Assembly: GCA_002269645.1 (NCBI GenBank)
Contig: NIVC01000957.1
Coordinates: forward strand, 334,514 to 398,513
Reading direction: 5' to 3'
DNA from: Macrostomum lignano
Lineage: Eukaryota
DNA: 64,000 nucleotides
The translations under genes and the position numbers were made by a program. Below, piece by piece: positions 49,334 through 61,112 of this stretch (the first letter of the stretch is position 1; every line of letters starts with the position of its first letter). The notes under the pieces are model-generated. The model was not told the origin of the DNA. It did not search any database and was given only the letters and a program-made list of their open reading frames with translations.

Positions 49334-49812
49334 AAATGAAGGCTGGCTGTAGCCCTTAAAAAATCTCATCAGTGCCTGTGTCAGTCTGTCGTCATGAGGA
49401 GTTGCGGTCGCCAGTCGCAGCCCAGCCTGAGCCAAACGCACGGCATCGCGAAATTCAGTAGGCTGAGAGGTGACGGGCGCGGAGGGCGGACAGGCCCTGA
49501 TGAGACGCCAGTCTGCATCCATCCATCAGCCATCAAAAAGCCATTAAGCCGCGGTCGCTGTCTCCGCGACTGTGCCTGGCGATTTTGTCCCAATAAGGAT
49601 CCGTTTGATGGTGTCCGGGCTCTAGCGGGATTCTGGCCCTCCGTTCCTATCCAGTCATGAGGACTCGACTGTCCTTTGGGCTGCATTATGACACAGTAAA
49701 AATACTGAAGAAGCTGATTAAACGATTTATTATTCATATTTTGGCGGTCGCACGGGTAAAAATTTGTTGCTCCGACTGCGCTTTTGTTAACGAAAAGTAT
49801 GGCTATAACCGA

Positions 49813-51525
49813 CAATGGAGTTGTTCCAGCAGTGGACTTGTTCCAATAGTGGTTGTACCAAAAATGGAGTTGTTCCAACCGTGGACTTGTTCCAACAAAG
49901 GAGTTGTTCCAACAGTGGAGTTGTTCCAACAAAGGAGTTGTTCCAACAAAGGAGTTGTTCCAACAATTGAATTGTTCCAACAAAGGAGTTGTTCCAACAA
50001 TCAAGTTGTTCCAGTGTGGAGTTGTTCCAGTGGAGTTTTTCCAGTGGAGTTGTTCCTACGATGGAGTTGTTCCAACAAAGGAGTTGTTCCAACAAAGGAG
50101 TTGTTCCAACAATAGAGTTGTTCCAACAATTGAGTTGTTTCAACAATGGAGTTGTTCCAACAATGGAGTTGTTCCAACAATGGAGTTGTTCCAACAATTG
50201 AGTTGTTCCAACAATTGAGTTGTTCCAACAATTGAGTTGTTTCAACAATGGAGTTGTTCCAACAATGGAGTTGTTTCAACAATGGAGTTGTTCCAACAAT
50301 GGAGTTGTTCCAACAATGGAGTTGTTCCAACAAAGGAGTTGTTCCAACAATTGAGTTGTTCCAACAATGGAGTTGTTCCAACAAAGGAGTTGTTCCAACA
50401 ATTGAGTTGTTCCAACAATGGAGTTGTTCCAACAATGGAGTTGTTTCAACAATGGAGTTGTTCCAACAATGGAGTTGTTCCAACAATTGAGTTGTTCCAA
50501 CAATGGAGTTGTTCCAACAATTGAGTTGTTCCAACAATGGAGTTGTTCCAACAATGGAGTTGTTTCAACAATGGAGTTGTTCCAACAATGGAGTTGTTCC
50601 AACAATGGAGTTGTTCCAACAATGGAGTTGTTCCAACAATGGAGTTGTTCCAACAATGGAGTTGTTCCAACAATGGAGTTGTTCCAACAATGGAGTTGTT
50701 CCAACAATTGAGTTGTTCCAACAATTGAGTTGTTTCAACAATGGAGTTGTTCCAACAATGGAGTTGTTCCAACAATGGAGTTGTTCCAACAATGGAGTTG
50801 TTCCAACAATGGAGTTGTTCCAACAATGGAGTTGTTCCAACAATTGAGTTGTTCCAACAATTGAGTTGTTCCAACAATTGAGTTGTTCCAGTGTGGAGTT
50901 GTTCCAGTGGAGTTGTTCCAGTGGAGTTGTTCCAGTGGAGTTGTTCCAGTGGAGTTGTTCCTACGATGGAGTTGTTACAAAAATTGAGTTGTTCCAACAG
51001 TGGAGTTGTTCCAACAGTGGAGTTGTTCCAACAGTGGAGTTGTTCCAACAGTGGAGTTGTTCCAGTGGAGTTTTTCCTACGATGGAGTTGTTCCTACGAT
51101 GGAGTTTTTTCAAAAATTGAGTTGTTCCAACAATTGAGTTGTTCCAACAGTGGAGTTGTTCCAACAGTGGAGTTGTTCCAACAAAGGAGTTGTTCCAACA
51201 GTGGAGTTGTTCCAACAATGGAGTTGTTCCAACAGTGGAGTTGTTCCAACAGTGGAGTTGTTCCAACAATGGAGTTGTTCCAACAGTGGAGTTGTTCCAA
51301 CAATGGAGTTGTTCCAACAGTGGAGTTGTTCCAACAAAGGAGTTGTTCCAACAGTGGAGTTGTTCCAACAATGGAGTTGTTCCAACAGTGGAGTTGTTCC
51401 AACAGTGGAGTTGTTCCAACAATGGAGTTGTTCCAACAGTGGAGTTGTTCCAACAATGGAGTTGTTCCAACAGTGGAGTTGTTCCAGTGGAGTTGTTCCA
51501 ACAATTTGTTCCAACAATGGAGTTT
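49813..51525. repeat. 17-bp satellite (TGGAGTTGTTCCAACAA), ~1.7 kb, quasi-palindromic monomer
   Basis: Period 17; source of the many repetitive spurious ORFs in the track. Confidence 0.97.
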
Positions 51526-51786
51526 CAAAAGTGCATGAACCCGGATATGTGTGAACTCTACTGGAGACTGACGAGCAGCAAAAAATTCAAACAGAACTAC
51601 CGCAAATGTCTGATGTCCTCCTAAGCAACTGTTTAAAGATAATTGTCAGTGGCCAAACCATTTTTAATGCAAAAAATTCCATGAAAAATCAGCATAATTC
51701 TAATTAACAAATTGAGCCTTTCAAATTTTAAGCATAGGAGCCTGAGCCAATGATGATGCTGCATGTATCATTTTTTGGCTTGATAC

Positions 51787-52233
51787 GTCTCAAGACATAC
51801 ATGCGCAACCTCCGAAATTCGGTCGGCCATGCGAGTTAGTTTTAACAAAAATGCGACTTATATGTAAAAAAAACCTAAAGCAAAATTAACGCAACTTTGG
51901 GTAAACGGCAGGAGTAACTATAACTGTCTTATAAGGACAAAATGTCTCGTCAGCTACTTAGTACTACTACTTGGTTATTTTTTCGGGTGGGCATTTTTGC
52001 GACTTCCTTGGTTGGCCGCCAAATCGGTCGGCCGGATCGGCCGACTCGGCCGACTGTTGCGCATGTATGTCTCAAGATATGTTACAAAGTGATAGATTCG
52101 ATTCGACATCTTTCTTACAGACAGACGGACCGACAGACAGACAGCCAGACAGACAGCAGACAGACAGACAGACAGACAGACAGAGACAGACAGACAGACA
52201 GAGACAGACAGACAGATAGACAGACAACAGAAA

Positions 52234-52266
<33 letters not shown>

Positions 52267-52420
52267 ACAGACAGACAGACAGACAGACAGAGACAGACTG
52301 ACAGACAGACAGACAAACAGACAGACAGATAGACAGACAGACAAAAAGACAGACAGACAGACAAACACTAAGATAGACAGACAGACAGACAGACAGAGAC
52401 AGACAGACAGACAAACACTA

Positions 52421-52488
<68 letters not shown>

Positions 52489-52490
52489 GC
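51787..52490. mobile_element. Candidate Helentron-associated (HINE/DINE-1/pearl-like) non-autonomous element
   Basis: Perfect 17-bp inverted repeat 51793-51809 / 52056-52072 followed by a compound GACA/GGCA microsatellite 52115-52487. Confidence 0.4.
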
Positions 52491-52692
52491 AGCATTACTT
52501 GCACAGCGGAAGACCCAGTCTCAAAGCATTCAGACGCCTTAGCCTGTGAGATGCACAGCTGTCTATGGCAGCACTCAGCCAGCAGTTAAGGAAGTCGAGT
52601 AGAAAATTCCCAGCTAAAAGCTCTCTGCCTGAGGCAAGCTAATCTCGCATGCTTGATTCGTAGCGCAGTGCCACGCGGTCTCAGCCAGCCGG

Positions 52693-53034
52693 ATGGAGCC
52701 CCAACGGCGGGAGCTCATCCTGCTGCGCCCGATGTACATGGAGGCGGAGTTCCGAGCCGATGACGATGTAGCCTATGGCTTCTACAAGACATTGTCTGAC
52801 GCGCTGGTGCTGAACATGCCGTGCCTGCGCTGCTACCCGCTGCACCTGGAGAAGGTGCACTGCCCGGAGGACCGGCTGGTGCTGCGGCTGGGCCCGGAGA
52901 CTATCAAGATTGACCTGGTTGCTATGCGGATTAGCAAAAAGTTTATGCCGGATGTGGAGCGAGTGTTTGAGCGGCTTCAAGAGGCCCACGACGAGCTCGT
53001 GATGAGTCTAGGAGCTTTGAAGCTGCCGGAGTGA
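52693..53034 (+). CDS. Hypothetical protein, 113 aa, no recognised family
   Basis: Strong G/C third-position bias like the other host genes; CTCAG acceptor 8 nt before ATG; donor CTG|GTGAGT 13 nt after the stop. Confidence 0.7.
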   Translation: MEPQRRELILLRPMYMEAEFRADDDVAYGFYKTLSDALVLNMPCLRCYPLHLEKVHCPEDRLVLRLGPETIKIDLVAMRISKKFMPDVERVFERLQEAHDELVMSLGALKLPE

Positions 53035-53053
53035 CTGTTGGGCGCTGGTGAGT

Positions 53054-53240
53054 GTTGATGGAGTGACTGATGGGTGTTGATGGAGTGACTGATGGGTGTT
53101 GATGGAGTGACTGATGGGTGTTGATGGAGTGACTGATGGGTGTTGATGGAGTGACTGATGGGTGTTGATGGAGTGACTGATGGATGCTGATGGAGTGACT
53201 GATGGATGCTGATGGAGTGACTGATGAGTGTTGAGTGACC
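53054..53240. repeat. 22-bp tandem repeat (GATGGAGTGACTGATGGGTGTT)
   Basis: Visible periodicity, starts immediately after the donor at 53048. Confidence 0.93.
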
Positions 53241-53460
53241 TCAGCGTCACATTGTCCAAAAATTTCCGAAGCAATTTCTCAGTTTTACCATAATTTGAAT
53301 TAATAATAAATGTGTTATTCGTTTCCACCTGACGCAGTGTGCCGCAGGCTTATAAACTTGTAAATCATTGTTTGAATATTATAGTTATGACGATCAGCAA
53401 ATGTAACGAATTGAAATTGCATTCATTTCTTGACTTAAACACAGCTCGTGTCTGAGTAAG

Positions 53461-54104
53461 TGGGCAGTGGGTCACAGGGACTCTGTTGGGTGGGCAGTGG
53501 GTCATCACAGGGATGCTGTTGGGTGGGCAGTGGGTCATCACAGGGATGCTGTTGGGTGGGCAGTGGGTCATCACAGGGACTCTGTTGGGTGGGCAGTGGG
53601 TCATCACAGGGATGCTGTTGGGTGGGCAGTGGGTCATCACAGGGACTCTGTTGGGTGGGCAGTGGGTCATCACAGGGATTCTGTTGGGTGGGCAGTGGGT
53701 CATCACAGGGATGCTGTTGGGTGGGCAGTGGGTCATCACAGGGATGCTGTTGGGTGGGCAGTGGGTCATCACAGGGACTCTGTTGGGTGGGCAGTGGGTC
53801 ATCACAGGGATGCTGTTGGGTGGGCAGTGGGTCATCACAGGGACTCTGTTGGGTGGGCAGTGGGTCATCACAGGGATTCTGTTGGGTGGGCAGTGGGTCA
53901 TCACAGGGATGCTGTTGGGTGGGCAGTGGGTCATCACAGGGACTCTGTTGGGTGGGCAGTGGGTCATCACAGGGATTCTGTTGGGTGGGCAGTGGGTCAT
54001 CACAGGGATTCTGTTGGGTGGGCAGTGGGTCATCACAGGGATTCTGTTGGGTGGGCAGTGGGTCATCACAGGGATGCTGTTGGGTGGGCAGTGGGTCATC
54101 ACAG
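53461..54104. repeat. 33-bp G-rich minisatellite, ~19 units, four GGG tracts per unit
   Basis: GGGTGGGCAGTGGGTCATCACAGGGA(TG/CT/TT)CTGTT. Confidence 0.97.
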
Positions 54105-54891
54105 TCTTTATTAGTTAAGTGACGAGGAGTTCGTGTGCGAGTTCCCAGACAAACGCATGCATTATGCGGTAGAATACTTCGGAGTATTTCGAAGGCAGTG
54201 CAGCCTTCTCGGTCGCCACAGCAATGCAAAAATAGAAAATGCCGCAGTGAAGGCCTCCGCCATGATAAATTAATTCAAATATCCTAAGATTTTCGATTAT
54301 CGATTAATTAGAGATATATTTAAGGGTCTGAGAAGATTCGTGTGCAAACTGTAAATTCCCATTCACTGCGATAGAACCGCACTCTACAATAATCGATGGT
54401 TGAAGCGACCACAATGGTGTTGTAAAAAAACAACTGAACTGACTCAACTGCCGGAATATTTGAACAATATGATTTTGGCATTAGAACCCGGTGCATGGAA
54501 CACTGAATCGGGAATAGACAGTTAAATAATAGTGAAATTCTAGCTAAATTAAAACAGACAAAAAAGCTGGAGAGAGCACACGCACAACAGACTACTAGGG
54601 TTGTCTACAGTTGTAAGTAGCTAAGTAAGAGTTTTACTAGTTGAGGAAAATGTTGAGGGGGGTCTGTATAAAATTTAAGTTTGTTAAAGATGGATGCTTG
54701 CTACTTAGTTAAGGGCGTTATTTTTAATTAATAATTAACTAATATGCGGATTTTTAACTGTTTTCTTTAAATTAGTTTTGTTTACTCAACGAGATGACAA
54801 ATTGGCTGGCCAAATCCCCGGGGGAACAAGCGAACCTGTCAGTCAATCAATTAGTCGGTCAGAGCTTTTTAATCAGTTGATTCCAGGCGTC

Positions 54892-55058
54892 TTAGCTGGC
54901 CTGCTTGGCCTCCAGCTTCAGCCGCAGGCTCTCCGGCATGCTTGGCGGCGGCGGGCGCGGCAGCCGCAGCACCACCTTCACGGTGTCGTAGATGAACCAC
55001 TGCAGAGCCGTCAGGGTGCCGATCATGATGATACGGGCGCCCAGGCCCTTCCACATGG
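54892..55058 (-). CDS. SLC25A3: Mitochondrial phosphate carrier, coding exon 3
   Basis: MWKGLGARIIMIGTLTALQWFIYDTVKVVLRLPRPPPPSMPESL; acceptor CCCGCAG| at 55059; TAA at 54892-54894. Confidence 0.95.
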
Positions 55059-55109
55059 CTGCGGGTGTGCGGGGCCGCCTTGCGAGTTCATTCGAGCTCC
55101 GGACTCCTG

Positions 55110-55500
55110 ACTGTTGACCTCGGCTGACCCCTACGATTCCCTTGCACTTATAATGACCTCAACTGACCCCCTTAAATCACTTTGTACTTTTAATGACCTC
55201 GGCTGACCCATTTACATTTCTAATGACCTCGTCTGACTCATTTGCACTTTAATGACCTTGGCTAACCCACTTGTACTTCTATTGACATTGGCTAACTTAT
55301 TTATACCTCTATTGACCTCAGCTGACCCCTTCGTACTTTTAATGACCTTAGTTGACCCTGTCTAACCCCTATGTATTTATATTGACTTTGGTTAACGTCT
55401 TTGTATTGTAGTTTTATTGACCTCGTCTGACCTCTTTGCACTTCTAGTTGACTCCTAATAGCCTAATCTGACTCCAATAGAAATCCAGTATGACTTCATT
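55110..55500. repeat. Diverged ~30-bp tandem repeat (TTGACCTCGGCTGACCC core)
   Basis: Recurring core with variable flanks. Confidence 0.7.
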
Positions 55501-56167
55501 TAACCCTGTAGGGCCACTGATAGGTCACCCAACCACAATGCGACTTCTTGACCTGCTAGCCAAGACTCGCAAATCTCCTAGCCGAACTCAACGAGGACAC
55601 GCGAAAAGGACACTGAGATAAGCGGCATTTTTTATGACGGTAAGTTTTTTAACAACTAAGAGAGCTGCATAGAGAGAACCTTTGACCCACGCTTTGAAGA
55701 ACTTTCAGCTGCATAGCAAAGCTACTAAGACTGGAACAGACACGCGCAACCGGCGTGGCTGCGTGCGCGCATTCGCGGAGAGGAAAGCTTGAATAGGCAG
55801 ACAAGAGGCGGGCTGAAGCCACCCACCCCAAGTGTCCAAACTGTACACTGGGCAGGCAGTACACGTGGAAAGAAAAGTGTGCGATATGGTGACACAGCAG
55901 AAGCTAGAAGACACGTATTGAAGTATTTTTTCTTGAGCCTAGTTAATTAGACAGGTAAGTCTTTTCTGACAGACAGGCTGAGCCTCTGCTCACTGGAATG
56001 TTCGCTGGTCGGCTGCTGTTTAAGTACTGCTCTATTGAAAATGAATCGTCATGTAATTAGTATTACGTATTCTTTTTGAAATTTACAATGGATGAATAAT
56101 TTAAATCATCAGAGGGAATTTCTCACTTGTCTAATATGATGCAATGTCTCTCAGGAATGTGAGGGAC

Positions 56168-57045
56168 ATGCTGAAATTGGGGGGATTTCTAACTTGCTGA
56201 AATTGGGGGGATTTCTCACTTGCTGAAATTGGGGGGAATTTCTCACTTGCTGAAATTGGGGGATTTCTCACTTGCTGAAATTGGGGGAAATTTCTCACTT
56301 GCTGAAATTGGGGGGAATTTCTCACTTGCTGAAATTGGGGGAATTTCTCACTTGCTGAAATTGGGGGGAATTTCTCACTTGCTGAAATTGGGGGATTTCT
56401 CACTTGCTGAAATTGGGGGATTTCTCACTTGCTGAAATTGGGGGGAATTTCTCACTTGCTGAAATTGGGGGGATTTCTCACTTGCTGAAATTGGGGGAAA
56501 TTTCTCACTTGCTGAAATTGGGGGAATTTCTCACTTGCTGAAATTGGGGGGAATTTCTCACTTGCTGAAATTGGGGGGAATTTCTCACTTGCTGAAATTG
56601 GGGGGATTTCTCACTTGCTGAAATTGGGGGGAATTTCTCACTTGCTGAAATTGGGGGAAATTTCTCACTTGCTGAAATTGGGGGGAATTTCTCACTTGCT
56701 GAAATTGGGGGAAATTTCTCACTTGCTGAAATTGGGGGGAATTTCTCACTTGCTGAAATTGGGGGGAATTTCTCACTTGCTGAAATTGGGGGAATTTCTC
56801 ACTTGCTGAAATTGGGGGAAATTTCTCACTTGCTGAAATTGGGGGGAATTTCTCACTTGCTGAAATTGGGGGGAATTTCTCACTTGCTGAAATTGGGGGG
56901 AATTTCTCACTTGCTGAAATTGGGGGGATTTCTCACTTGCTGAAATTGGGGGGGGGGATTTATCACTTGCTGAAATTGGGGGGAATTTCTCATTTGCTGA
57001 CAATGGGGAATTTCTCACTTGCTGAAAATGGGGAATTTCTCATCC
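56168..57045. repeat. 24-25-bp minisatellite with variable G-run (TTTCTCACTTGCTGAAATTG5-10)
   Basis: About 35 units in SLC25A3 intron 2. Confidence 0.96.
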
Positions 57046-57147
57046 GTTGAAATGTTAAGAAAGAGAATTTCTCGCAAACTGAAGAAGACGGACTATTGAC
57101 TAATTAGTTTTTGAACTGCAAACAAACAAATTCGCATCCGGACTCAC

Positions 57148-57751
57148 CCTTCCAGCCCAGAGCCTTGGCCACGCCAACCAGACCAGCCTCGGGCATCTGG
57201 TTGAGCTTGGACACCATGGTGTCGGCGGGGTGGGACACGATGGCGCAGAACACGCCGGCAATGTAGCCGGCAACGAAGGTCACAGTCAGCTGCTCGGCTT
57301 TGTTGCACTGGTCTCGCGGCTTGGGCACAACGTACTTGTACAGGGCTTCGACTGTGCGCTCGAAGCAGGCGAACTTCATCATGGTGTAGGGAATCTGACG
57401 GCCCCACAGCGGCGGCAGGCCCTTATAAAAGGTCGTGGCGCCCTCGGCGGCCAGCATCTTGGGGAAGGCCTCGCGCAGGTTTTTGGCGTACCCGCTTGAG
57501 GTCTGGATGCGCACCTTGGTGGCCTCCATCGGGGCTAGCAGCATGTCGGCGAAGAACTCGGCGCTGGCGCTGGCGGCCAGGTACAGCGAGGTGCGGTACA
57601 GGAAGGCGTTCTCCTCACCCATCATGTTGCCGTACACGTTCTTGAACACTTCGTAGAAGCCGAACTTGCCGAGGCCCTGCAGGCTGTAGCCGATCAGGGT
57701 TGGCGCCCAGCCTTTGGCCAGACCGCGGACTCCGTCCTCGGCCAAGGTCAC
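57148..57751 (-). CDS. SLC25A3: Mitochondrial phosphate carrier, coding exon 2
   Basis: GWAPTLIGYSLQGLGKFGFYE, APMEATKVRIQT, LWGRQIPYTMMKFACFE, VSHPADTMVSKLN; CAG|GTG acceptor, G|GTGAGT donor. Confidence 0.97.
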
Positions 57752-57928
57752 CTGGGGGGTCAGGCGGGGTCAATCAACTATTATGTGATATGGAATGGAT
57801 GAGCTGAGGGTGACGGCAGTGTAGGGTTATGGAGGGAGACTTGATGTCATCACTAGCAGGGAATGGCAGGGTCATAGAGTTGTAAATCGCAGGTTCATAA
57901 AGAGCTGAGAATGGCAACTCCAGCGCAC

Positions 57929-58189
57929 CTTGAATCCCTTAACGATGCCGGGATATTTAACCGAATCGACCTGCATTCTGCACTTGACCAAATCCAGAGG
58001 CACAACAGCCGTGTGGGTGAGGCCGCAGCTGAGCACACCGCCGAAGCCGCAGTAGGCATAGTAAGCTCCGGAGCCGAACTCGCAGCTGTACTGCGACTGC
58101 TGGCCACCGGCTGTGGAGGCGCACGAGACGGTGCGACTGTTTGGCGACTCGGCGCTGGCGCTCTGGGGCTGAAGGAATCGCTTGTACAT
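57929..58189 (-). CDS. SLC25A3: Mitochondrial phosphate carrier, coding exon 1; total 343 aa
   Basis: CEFGSGAYYAYCGFGGVLSCGLTHTAVVPLDLVKCRMQVD; donor AAG|GTGCGC; 261+604+167 = 1032 nt. Confidence 0.95.
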
Positions 58190-58696
58190 CTTCTCACGGT
58201 GGAATCTGGGGCTGCAGCGGCACAATGGGTGTGACTATTGAGCGGTTTATATATGAAGTATTGGAATAGATCCTCATAGGCCCTGACCCTTTATCTTAAT
58301 CCTACCACAACATGGGCATAGCATTGAAAATTTCATTCATCTTCATCTTCATTCAGCAACGTTCATTTATTTCTACCACCCTATGCCCATCAAATCAACA
58401 GCTCCAATGGTCTTTCAAGTCTCAGTTGAGTGCTATTACTAGATACAGGAACTAGACAGGAACTAGTGTGTTACCAATAGAAATGGCTAGGTGATTCCCA
58501 AGGTTGTGCATGAATGTCTGTATCCATATACTTTGTCTCAAAAACCTCCATATCCATAGGTACAGCAGAAATCTAGATTAATTAATATATTCTATTCTGC
58601 ATTTTTATACATCTGACATCTAGATAGGCTAAATGCCTATGTCTACATATAGCTGTTCAGTCCAAGGACTGTGGGGTCACCATACACCCACAATTA

Positions 58697-58842
58697 CCCC
58701 AGCTGATGCTGGCACCCATTTTATAGCTGGGTGAACAGAAGCAGTATAGATTTGTGTCTTGCTAGACACAAATTGTTCTGGGTGGGTCAAGCATTTAACC
58801 CCTAACCTTTTTGTACATCCAACACTCTAACCACTAGGCTAC
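58697..58842 (+). mobile_element. Old L2/CR1-type 3' end or SINE-tail remnant
   Basis: CCCCAGCTGATGCTGGCACCCATTTTATAGCTGGGTG...GTGTCTTGC...CCAACACTCTAACCACTAGGC resembles L2-related SINE tails (recognised from memory, not aligned). Confidence 0.45.
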
Positions 58843-61112
58843 AATCCCCTTAGAATTAGCCTGACAATGATGTTAGAGTCAATAACATATCTAAGACAGT
58901 TTTTCACATCAAAAATGTTTAGCAGTCATATAGGTCTTTTTATACTTATTCATCTCTTAAAATAATTATTTATTGTCAAAATTAATGAAACATCCTAACT
59001 ACATGTACCAGGTATTTATAATTGTAAAAGTTAATTGAAGCCTAAATGCTACCTTTGTAGCATTGTTTGTAGCAATGCTTATTCCGATTTTCCATATGCT
59101 GTAGCTGTAGGGACTCCAATATTACCATATTCCCATAGCCATAGCCATAGTTTTGACAAAAATTCTAGGAAATAAAGTACTTTGAATTAGGAAGGTATAA
59201 GCCCAGTACTTAAATAACTACAAGGGTCTTTTAAGACTGCAAAGAAAAACAATTTAAAAAAAACCTAGCAAACTAGCAGTGTCAAATGTAAAAGTTTTTT
59301 ACCAACATTACAAAAGCATCAGAGGAAACACTAAGAAAGCATTTATTTGTTATATTTGTTTATTTACACTAAAAACCACGATTCCAAATTAACTAACCTT
59401 AATCCAATGAAAGAAAATTTTTTAATAAAATAAATATATATATATATATAATATAATGAGCAAACTAGCACCTAGTGAACTTTTTTTCTATAGTAAAGTA
59501 TAAAACATAGTGTATTGTTAATACATTCATAGTTGACTACACCAAATGATTTTAACTTCCAAAACAGAACAGAGTTGAAATTTGCTAGTGTTTTTTAAAT
59601 TTTGTAAACTATGATCACTTTACTAAACTTAAAGTATTTTTGTTTTACTTTACCTATTTCTAATATTTTTTAATTTTTTAAATTTATAACTATGGCTAAG
59701 GGAATCTACAGAATGTGACAGCAACTACCATATTTCCATAGTCGTAGCTATAAGAGCAGCTATCTACCATAGGCATATCTATAGCTGCCATAGGCACCTA
59801 CTTTACCATATTTGCTGTAGGATCCCATAGCTGTAGCTATGGCTATGGCAGAACATTAGCTTTGGTTAAATTGGTTCTTGACTAGATTTGTTCTTAATTA
59901 CTTTTGTTTATACAAGGTACAATTTCAAATTCTAATACATCAATCATTAGTTTGAATTTTGCTAAGTGACTTTATGTAACATATCTGCGTATCAAATTTA
60001 AAAGTAAACAATTTTGTATTTACTTTATGTCTGTTGTACTGTATATAGTATTTCTATAGTATTCCTCTTTTATTACTTTCTACTGTATGTATTTGTTATT
60101 TGGCATATATACTTTTATAGTGTAACTTTATTTGTTTTAATGACCAATATTAATTGAATAAATATAATCATTGATCATTGTTCGTAAGAGTTTGCCACTC
60201 TGATTTGGCACTCTGGTCTCGACTGACGATTCAAATATTCAAATGATACTGCTCGGCAATTAATTCGTTACATTTATACCAATATGACCAGAACCCTAAT
60301 ATAGCAAAATACTATACAATAAGTTTTAATAGGTCATTTAAATCTTTTTAAATAATATAATAAAGATATTATATTGTTGTACTATTGAAATTTTATTTAA
60401 AAGACAAAATCTACACATTGCTTTTATAACATTTATATATTAGGCTATTATAGCTTATTACTATAGATTAAGATAAAATAGAAAAATAAATATTATTTTT
60501 CAATTAAGCCCCTATTTTATAGAAAAAAGTCAAGGCCTAAAAAATTGATTACCTTTATTAGGCCTATTGACATTGTTAATGATTTTAATCAAAAATATAC
60601 TTTTTGAATATACTACTTAAGTGAAAGTGAAGAACAAGGCCTAACTTATTATTCTTTTAAGTGTCGCTCTTTTCATTTTTAAGTAAAAGCTTTTTTTGAG
60701 CAAACTGCATACTAAAATTATTATGCATTGTTAGGCCCCCTATGCTATCTTATCTACTACATACTCGACTTATTATTAGACAATAGTCCCATAATACATA
60801 TTGGCTTTACAAAACACTTCTTGTGCTTTTTGTGGGTGTCATGATTTTCATATTCTGATTCCAGAATCCTGCTGCCTGCAGGCGCAGAATTTCAATTGTT
60901 GTCAAAATACAAGTAGAATTGTAGAATAGAAACTGACACATGCTCCAAGTCTACTGTTTTTTTTAGAAATCTGGCTCGATAATTACTTCGCGAAAATTAC
61001 TGGTGTTAAGCCCGCAAAAATCGGTACTTATGTTTAGGATCGTATCGTAGGCTACATAGAATACCTACGAGTACAATTGGCATTTTGGTGTTGTTGAGAG
61101 CTACAGGACGAC

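Noticed and set aside
48400-49700. Protein-like snippets flanking the 31-bp array (NWTFKAHDEAKRQWW; DDRLTQALMRFFKG)
   Set aside because: Too short, no splice-consistent model and no recognisable family
54250-54310. SECIS element for the 113-aa ORF (ATGA-N11-AA-N23-GA spacing)
   Set aside because: Spacing fits, but the required helix II does not base-pair; AT-rich chance match
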